Shown here: piece by piece, positions 19,545 through 26,655 of the stretch
Position numbering within the stretch: the stretch's first letter is position 1
How the letters are laid out: each line of letters starts with the position of its first letter
Assembly (NCBI GenBank): GCA_002269645.1
Contig: NIVC01005086.1
Location: forward strand, 1-26,655
DNA from: Macrostomum lignano
Taxonomy: Eukaryota
DNA length: 26,655 nucleotides
Reading direction: 5' to 3'
The notes under the pieces: model-generated
What the model was told of the DNA's origin: nothing
Seen by the model: the letters and a program-made list of their open reading frames with translations, nothing else
The model's database searches: none
Translations under genes and position numbers: made by a program

Positions 19545-21769
19545 AACAGTGTGTATGGTACAAGACGCCTTGTCGCGCCTGAACTGAAACTGCGGCAGCT
19601 GCAGAGAGCCACCGTGTAGGAGGGTGTTGCGCAAGTCATCGCTGCTCTCTCGTATCTCAGGGGTCAGGCGAATACCCTTACACTTCAGGACCTGGCTGGG
19701 GACACCGGCCGCATTCTCGACAATGTAAGTGTAGAGCTTGGGTCCCCCACTTACAAAGTCGGTCATCCGGCTGCCTGCGGGCACCTCATCGGTCCACATT
19801 CCGAGGCTCGTGCCATGGGGCGGCTCCCATTGGCCCTCGGAATCTCGGAATGCCGGTAAACGACCCTGTGTGGGAGAGAAAATAGGCAATTAGTTCCATA
19901 TGCCAAGTACGTAATCAATTCTAAAAGAATTTATCCAGCCATTACTTTCGAGTCGGTGTCGCAGCAAATGGCCCGTTCGCCGAGACCCTCCAAGGCCTCG
20001 TACAGGCGCAGCTGGGCCTGCGTGGTCGTAAAGACCCCGATTGGCACATTGGAGTAGCGGAACGGCCACTGATTAAAGTAGCGGTGCCGGTACTCCAGCA
20101 GCATAAACTCGCTGCCAATCGGTTCGCAGGCCTTGACTTTGAGGTTGGGGTCGGTCAGCCGGGCGAGCCAGTCCTCGTAGCTGGACACAATCTCGGTCGA
20201 TGTCAGGTCATCGTGCTGACAAAAATGGCCCCAGAGCCTGCGTGAAAAGATTTGGTTACTGTTAGTAGAAGAAATCGTTTACGAAACAAAATTTATGATT
20301 ACTTACGAATTCAAAAAGATTTTCGCTACAAAGCGAAGTCCAGGGTTGGGCTCGACCTTGTCCAGCGTGACGCCTTCCTTGGCGTAAAAATCGGCAATGT
20401 AGGCGGCCTTGTCTTCGTCTGACATGCCGGGGGAGCCGCTCGACTCGGCCTTCAACTTGAGGAAGGTGCTGACATAGTCGCTGAACAGGCCGGTCCGCTG
20501 CTCTGTCCAGTAGGCCAACGAATGCACAACCTGCAGTCGGTAGCCCAACTGGAAGGCTTTTCGCAGCTCCGGCGTTGCCCAGGTGCCAGTCAGCGCCCGC
20601 TCCTGGTCTGAGTGGTGGCAGTACTCGCCGCTGCACTGCTGCTGCTGCTCCATACAGGTGCGGCAAAGCCCAACAAAGAGCTTCTTCTACACCCTGTAGG
20701 GCAGCAGCAGAATATGCAAATCTGACGGCGGCAGCACCGTCACTTTGGAAATACCAAAGTAGCTGGCCAGCGCGTCAGAGTCGAGCGTCTGCGGCGTCGG
20801 ATGGTGCACCGGGTGGCCAATCGGGTATGGGTCTTTCGACTGCACCGTCGGGTACAGAGAGACCTGCCAGTTGAAATAAAACATTATTTTTCATAAACTG
20901 TATTTCACATTTTGCAAAATATTCTACTACATTAGTAGTATCACTACTCACCACATCCCGATATTTGAGCGCCTCAGTCTCACTGGCCACAGCATGCGGG
21001 ATGAAACACTCTACGCGGCCGCCGTAGAGCGCATCCTCCATCTTGAGCGGGGCGCGCAGATGGGCAGTTGCGGCAAGGAAATCGGCCTGCGACGCCAGTA
21101 CAGTGTCGTATTCATGCTCCCAAATGGCTCGAACACTGTAATTATTGCGCTCCAACTCGCGAGTGAACCACTCAGTCTCGTGGCGGATGTGGCTCAGAGG
21201 CTGCCGTTTGAGTGGGTGGACGACATCCTGATCGGGCATGCACTGCTCGCAGCCATGGTAGAAGCAGCCATGAAACTACAAAACAGTGTTGGTGGCCTCA
21301 TCGAAGCCGTCCACCTTGCGGCCGAGAATGACAGCCTCGCCGCCAGTCGAGTCGCACGTGCGCAGCCGCCCGCCAAATTCGGTGGCATTCAAATAGGCCA
21401 GCCACTTGCGCGCCTTGAACGACTGCTGGTCGGCCTGCCGGGCAATCACGCCGACCGAGTTGGGCTCCATAAATTTGGTGGTGAAAACGGCCGTTGCGAG
21501 GCTGGCAATTGTATTGGCCTGAACAAACGGTTCCAGGCCGTCACAAATTTCGCCAATTATCGCCCTGTACTTGATGCAGCCCTCGCGAAGCAGCACCGTG
21601 TCGCTCAAACAATAATCGAGATACTCCCGATTAAAGTTGAACAACTCGCCCTGTCGCGAGGCCAGCCAATTACAGATGGAGTCGTAGTCCTTGTTTGCCT
21701 TGCCGCCGTAATAGTCAATAGCCGGGTAGGGGCCCACGTAGTTCCAATTGGCCGGCTTGTTGAACTCGT

Positions 21770-22501
21770 CGTGGTTTTGTCTCGCATAGAGGCGCCTAAC
21801 CGCAGTACCCCTGTGAAACTTGTCTCTGCCTGGCCGAAAGCTTGTAATGAGTTAGTAGGCTGGGTTGGAGGGTAATAGTGGATCAGGAAGGGCTGTGGGT
21901 AGCTGTATAGGAAGGCAGGCCTATACCTGTTCCAGTTGGTGCTCTGACGGTCCCCCTCAACGGTGCCCTCTGAGCGAACAGCCAGTGACCCTATTAAAGC
22001 TGGAGTGTGCCAGAACCAGGACTGAGTCTGAGCAGGACGAGACCGTTGGCACGGTCACTATAGAAATGGCGGGTTGGCGAAGCAAAGGGTGAAACAGTTC
22101 CGGCGATTAGCCCTCCTGCCGCTTCAAAGATAAGAGACTGTCTGGCAAGAGTACCCGGGGTTTAGGCCCCGAGGAGGTTTTGTTTTTATTACCCGGGGAT
22201 GGTGGGCGGTCGGCCCCAGCACGGTTGCCACGGCTCTCGGCCTTCGGGCCAACCCTAATAGGCAAGGGGTCTATCTAACCTGGATTTTTTGGGCACGGGC
22301 TCCCTGACTGGTTCGTCGAACCGCTGTCACTGTCCCCCGGAGAGGTTTTTGATTTGTACTTGCCCAATTTACAGTCCTCTCATTCTAATTAGGATTTTAG
22401 TGTACATTAGTACACTCCCAATCTGGAACTGATATTTTCTCTAGTGGCGTAAGAGCCTATTAATTTGGCTGAGGCGCCGGAATCACTTATTTAGTTAGTT
22501 A
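21770..22501 (+). mobile_element. 732-bp non-coding retroposon-like insertion in PolB
   Basis: 11-bp direct repeat GTTGAACTCGT (21759-21769, 22502-22512) and a (TTAG)n right end. It interrupts KGTFP(H)-EFNKPANWNYVGPYP. Confidence 0.8.
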
Positions 22502-23236
22502 GTTGAACTCGTGGAAAGGTCCCCTTGGCCAGCTTTGTTACCAGCCCCAGAGCTTTGGGGAATTGCGCAAGCGGGATTGGTATATAGTTTAGCGAATCTT
22601 TAAATACCAATTTATCAACCGTCATGCACATTAGCCGGCTGCCCTGGAACAACACTTGGGGCCGCTTCTTGGCCAGGCCGTTGAGCAGAGCGCCAAGCAG
22701 TAGAAAAGAATCGTAGCCCGATGCATTGTGTGCGACAACGATAGCGCCGCCTCGGAATGTGGTGCTTAGCCAAGCGAAAAAAGCATTCAGCGAGGCCGGG
22801 CCCACAGCCACAAAGCCGGCCATTTGGTAGGCGCAGTCTGAGTGGCTGACGCAATTGGAGAATTCCTCCCCCAGATCGCGGCTAATCAGACAATTGGCAG
22901 TGCTATGCAGGCCATTGCAGAGGCGGCAAGTCTCGCGCGGAAATGCCCGGCCGGAACAGGTCTCGCAGCACGTGACGGCAGTCACCAGGTGCACATGATG
23001 CTGCTTCTCCTCATCCCGTACGAGCGTACGGGGCAGTTGAAGCCTTCACTTTGGGAGCCTTGACGTAGCACAAATGCGAGCCGGCCTCGTCATACTGTTT
23101 ACACAGTGGGCACTTGACATGGCCGCACTTGTGCTCCGGCTCCTTTTGGCCCACTTTTAATTCCTCCAAATAGTTGCATTTGGGGCAGACGCTGATGGAG
23201 CTACAGCGAGACCGCCCCGCCCGGTTTTTCCGGTGG

Positions 23237-23580
23237 TGATTAATAATAATGATTAATGATTAATGATTAATGATTAATGATTAATGATTAATGATTAATG
23301 ATTAATGATTAATGATTAATGATTAATGATTAATGATTAATGATTAATGATTAATGATTAACGATTAATGATTAATAATAATGATTAATGATTAATGATT
23401 AATGATTAATGATTAATGATTAATGATTAATGATTAATGATTAATGATTAATGATTAATGATTAATAATAATGATTAATGATTAATGATTAATGATTAAT
23501 GATTAATGATTAATGATTAATAATAATGATTAATGATTAATGATTAATGATTAATGATTAATGATTAATGATTAATGATT
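23237..23580. repeat. 7-bp satellite (TAATGAT)n, ~47-49 units, with occasional TAATAATAATGAT variants, inside a PolB exon
   Basis: Near-perfect array; PolB coding frames run into it from both sides. Confidence 0.97.
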
Positions 23581-24784
23581 GTAACAATTCAGCCCGCAGT
23601 CAGCGCAGCGCTTGTAGTCGCGCCGCAGGCTCTTGCAGTCGGTGCCGGGCACTTTGCATTGAGGGCAGGTGTTGGCACACTTGTGCTCTCTAGACTCGCA
23701 GTCGTACGCCTGCTGGCAGCGGTCGCAATAGCGGCGGGCACCGAAAAACGGCGGCACCTTGCACACCGCGGTAAAGTGCTCGCCAATCAGGTGCAAATTG
23801 AGCACTGTGCTGCCAGGGAGGGCATACACACATGTGTTGCCCTCCTCGGCGCTGTATATACGAGCGCCGAAATCTCGGCCGGGCGACTGAGCATTGAGGG
23901 CCGCGAGCAGTTGCGGGAGCACATCGACCCCGAAAGGCCCGGCCTGTGCGATGGTTGATAAAGACTAAAACATTTGTATATTAATAAAAATATAAATTAA
24001 AATGCGCAAGATAATTTTTACTCACCGAATACGGATTGGCAGAAATTTGTAGTTCCCCAGTCAGCCTCGTCTGCAGCGGGGAGTCGGCTTTGATGGTCCG
24101 CCAAGTCTGCTCGGTGATGGCCTTGGCCTGCATGTCCGCGAAAGCCTTGGCCACCACTAGCGCCCTGATGAGGCAACGCTTTTCGCTGTTGGCGATGACA
24201 ACATAGCTGTTGCCCATAGCGTGCCTGGCCTGAATGTGCTTCTCCGCCGCATCTAGGCTGCCGCAGCCACCTCGCGAGACCCAGGCCTTGAGCAAAAACA
24301 ATTTAAAGTTGTTGCCCAAGACACTGGAGTCCGACTGCAGAATCTTGTTAATGTGCTTGAAAACAAGCTCTGCAGTGAAGTCGCGGACCGGTGGGACACT
24401 GATGGTCAACATCATGTTGTCCGCCGACAGCTTAGCTGCGACGAAATCGTTTGCATGTAGGTCCGCGCAGAGGGTTGCTATTACCCTAGCGAATGTGTCT
24501 CGAATATCGGTAGTATCTGCTGCTGCTGCAGCTGCTGCGGTGAGTGATACCACATACTCATACCCTGCGGCTCTAAATTTAGGCAGGGCTTTCGCCCCGC
24601 CAAGACGCGCAATGAAGCCTGAAAAAATTGAGGGTTTGAAATTAGAATTGCGAGAGGGCGGCGGCGGCGGTGAATGACTCATGAAATAAAATCAACTCCT
24701 TACCATCGCCTTCGACAGTGTCGGGCTGGGGCGGGGTTGAAATTGAGCCAAATCTGCAATTAAAATGTGCATGGCGACTAAAAT

Positions 24785-25200
24785 TCTGACCGCTTCGAAT
24801 TTTTAAAACTGTCAAAAATTTTTGATTTATTGCCCTGCTGCAGCAGCAATTTTATCGCTCCACCCCCAAGCAACAAAAATCGGCGAGTTGTAAAACTCGG
24901 CACGTTCCAACACGCAGCAACAAAAGTAATGTGGGGTTGATTGACCCCGCTTCGAATTTTAGGCTGTCAAAATGTTTGATTGATGATCCTCTGATAACAC
25001 AGATCCTGCAGCAGCAGCCATTGTAAAATTTAAGAAAACCCACAATCGGCACGTGTCTCCATTGCTTCGTACCCCTCCTTGACACCTAGCAACAATACCA
25101 CGCGGCCGCTTTTGGATTTTTAAAGCTGTCATAAATGTCTGATTAATAACCCTCACTGTAGCAACCAAGTTTTATTGCCGCCAAACCCCTACTATCAATG
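24785..25200. repeat. Three degenerate ~155-160-bp repeats
   Basis: Shared starts such as GACC(CC)GCTTCGAATTTT(T)A...CTGTCAAAA...TGATT near 24788, 24943 and 25110. Confidence 0.55.
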
Positions 25201-25389
25201 CAGCGGTGATTACATCATCATGCTGAGCCCAAAAATCGGGGTTGATTTTATCACTGCCAGAAAACCTGCCCGCCCGCTCCTCTCTAGTTCAAGGATTAGT
25301 CATACAGCCCCTGGAATTTTATGACTATCCTTTACAGGCATTACCCAACTATACAATTTCTATACTGCGGATATTCTCCAAAACTCTGA

Positions 25390-25910
25390 TATTTCAATAG
25401 GCCTGATTGAGAAATCCAAATAAATCTAAAGCAAAAGCAGTTTCCTCCATTTACTTCAATACGATATCGATGGCAGGAGTAGCTACAGCCTGAATTCAGA
25501 AATTTTAAGCCAAATCCAATATCCTAAAAATGGTCTGTCGGTAAGTGTGTGATCGATTTTTTCAATAAGCGTGAATTTAGAGTTTGTAAATCACACGAAT
25601 ACAAATGAATGCTGAACCAAAAGCAGTTTCCTCCCTTTATTTCAATCTGCGACAGACAGTCCGAAGTCCGAATCCGAATTTCAATAAGCTGAATTTAGAG
25701 TTTGCGAAAGCAACTCTGAATGCGAAGGGTGAAAAGCAGTTTTACAGTGGGCCTATATATTATTTCAATAAGCCTGATTTTGAGTTTGCGAAAGCCAAAT
25801 GAATGCCAAAGATGAAAAAGCACTTTTTACATACAGAGAATAGCCCTATCTTTTTTCAATAATCCCGAATTTAGAGTTTCGTAAAAGATAAAGATGAAAA
25901 AGAAATTTCT
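25390..25910. repeat. Degenerate ~85-120-bp repeats, ~5-6 copies
   Basis: Recurring TTTCAATAAGC(C)TGA(A/T)TTT(A/G)GAGTTTG...GAATGC...AAAAGCAGTTT blocks. Confidence 0.65.
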
Positions 25911-25968
25911 ACACAGACTTGCAAGACTCACCTAGCTGTCGTCCCCTCTTTGCGGCCGGAGGCTGTGA

Positions 25969-26655
25969 CTGCTGCTGCTGTTGTTGTTGTGAGTGCGGAG
26001 TGCAGCCGTCTAGAGCGGGATCCAATCGATCCACACCAGGAGCCGCGCCACCAGGTTCCCATCGGCTAGGTCTTTCAGATCGCAAATGCTGTTCTGTCTT
26101 CGGCGACATCGGTCGCAGGGCAGTGGACCAGGTGGAATTGGTCTACCTCGAGCCCGCAAAGCCTGCACTCGGCCAGCTGAGCTTTGCCGATGCGCTTAGC
26201 GTAATAGGCCGAGGGGGCAGTGTCCAGCTCTCACCTGCGCAACGAGGACTTGCTCTCGCCGGCTGCCGTTATGGTGCGTGATGCGTCCTTGGTAAGTCTC
26301 CTTCAGATGGCCGGTCAGGTCCGGAAGGTATTCGAGCCGGGTAGATAAACTGCTTGGCTGCTTCGAGCGAGATGGCCACTTGGGCTTGTTCCAGAAGAGC
26401 TGCGGCTTTGGCCTCGCGATCGACGAACTCATTACCAGCCACGCCAGCATGGCCGGGAATCGACTGGATCGTGAGAACGCAACGGCCAGCGCTTGCGAAG
26501 AAGAGCCTTTAGGTCTTCGATAACGCGTTAGTGGTGGTCGGTCGGCTATCAGCGCTCTGACGGCCGCCTGGCTATCGTGAGGAGGGCGGCGGTGCCAATG
26601 TCCTGCTGAATGACATCCACGACAGCACCCGGAGCGCGCGGAGCTCGGTTTCGAA
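25969..26655 (-). mobile_element. 3' end of a second, decayed RNase H-containing LINE, continuing past the right edge
   Basis: Frameshifted IQSIPGHAGVAGNEFVDREAKAA (RNase H), QVRAGHCPL, CRLCGLEVDQFHLVHCPA (CCHC knuckle), stop at 26075-26077, then a (CAA)n(CAG)n tail at ~25969-25990. Confidence 0.8.

Larger units (their letters stand above)
19089..24753 (-). pseudogene. Polinton/Maverick-type protein-primed DNA polymerase B (DNA_pol_B_2-type) with at least 5 spliceosomal introns; inactivated
   Basis: Reconstructed motifs: CLIRALVVAKA; Cys-rich YCDRC..HKC..C..C; ExoII AHNASGYD; FKDSLNYIPIPLAQFPKALGL; YCLSDTVLL; Vsr-like (E)FHGCFYHGC..WEHEY; YGGRVE; motif A DV|VSLYP; motif B KIFLNS|LWG; motif C CDTDS|VVY; GPKLY; KCKGI; end KRVYEACSRPYGYK* (stop 19089-19091). 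Introns 24619-24703, 23944-24025, 20864-20951, 20238-20306, 19866-19949. Premature TAGs at 21276-21278 and 20687-20689. Confidence 0.9.

Noticed and set aside
23237-23580. (TAATGAT)n as telomeric repeat or intron
   Set aside because: Not a G-rich telomere unit, interstitial, and lacks GT-AG ends.

Overview
Eukaryotic (animal-like, AT-rich, intron-containing) genomic DNA; the species cannot be determined from the sequence. Host genes: a complete six-coding-exon DnaJ/cysteine-string-protein gene (DNAJC5/Csp-like, minus, 6862-8717) and a probable spliced Zn-finger-like/Gln-rich gene (plus, 2393-4688) whose intron is almost all (CTGT/CTGC)n. The rest is nested mobile DNA and tandem repeats. (i) A hAT transposon (9393-17443; 14-bp TIRs, 8-bp TSD) with a decayed transposase, carrying a Crypton-like 0.9-kb insert, a TA-flanked MITE and a 5'-truncated RT-RNase H LINE with a 14-bp TSD. 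(ii) A Polinton/Maverick-type protein-primed DNA polymerase B pseudogene (minus, 19089-24753, about 1260 codons once reconstructed). It is split by at least five short spliceosomal introns, three at the catalytic motifs A, B and C, and is further hit by a tRNA-derived SINE, a 732-bp retroposon-like insert and a 7-bp satellite that appears to have arisen inside an exon. (iii) A second decayed LINE at the right edge. The intron-bearing Polinton polymerase is the most unusual system. All reconstructions were done by eye and no database was searched.
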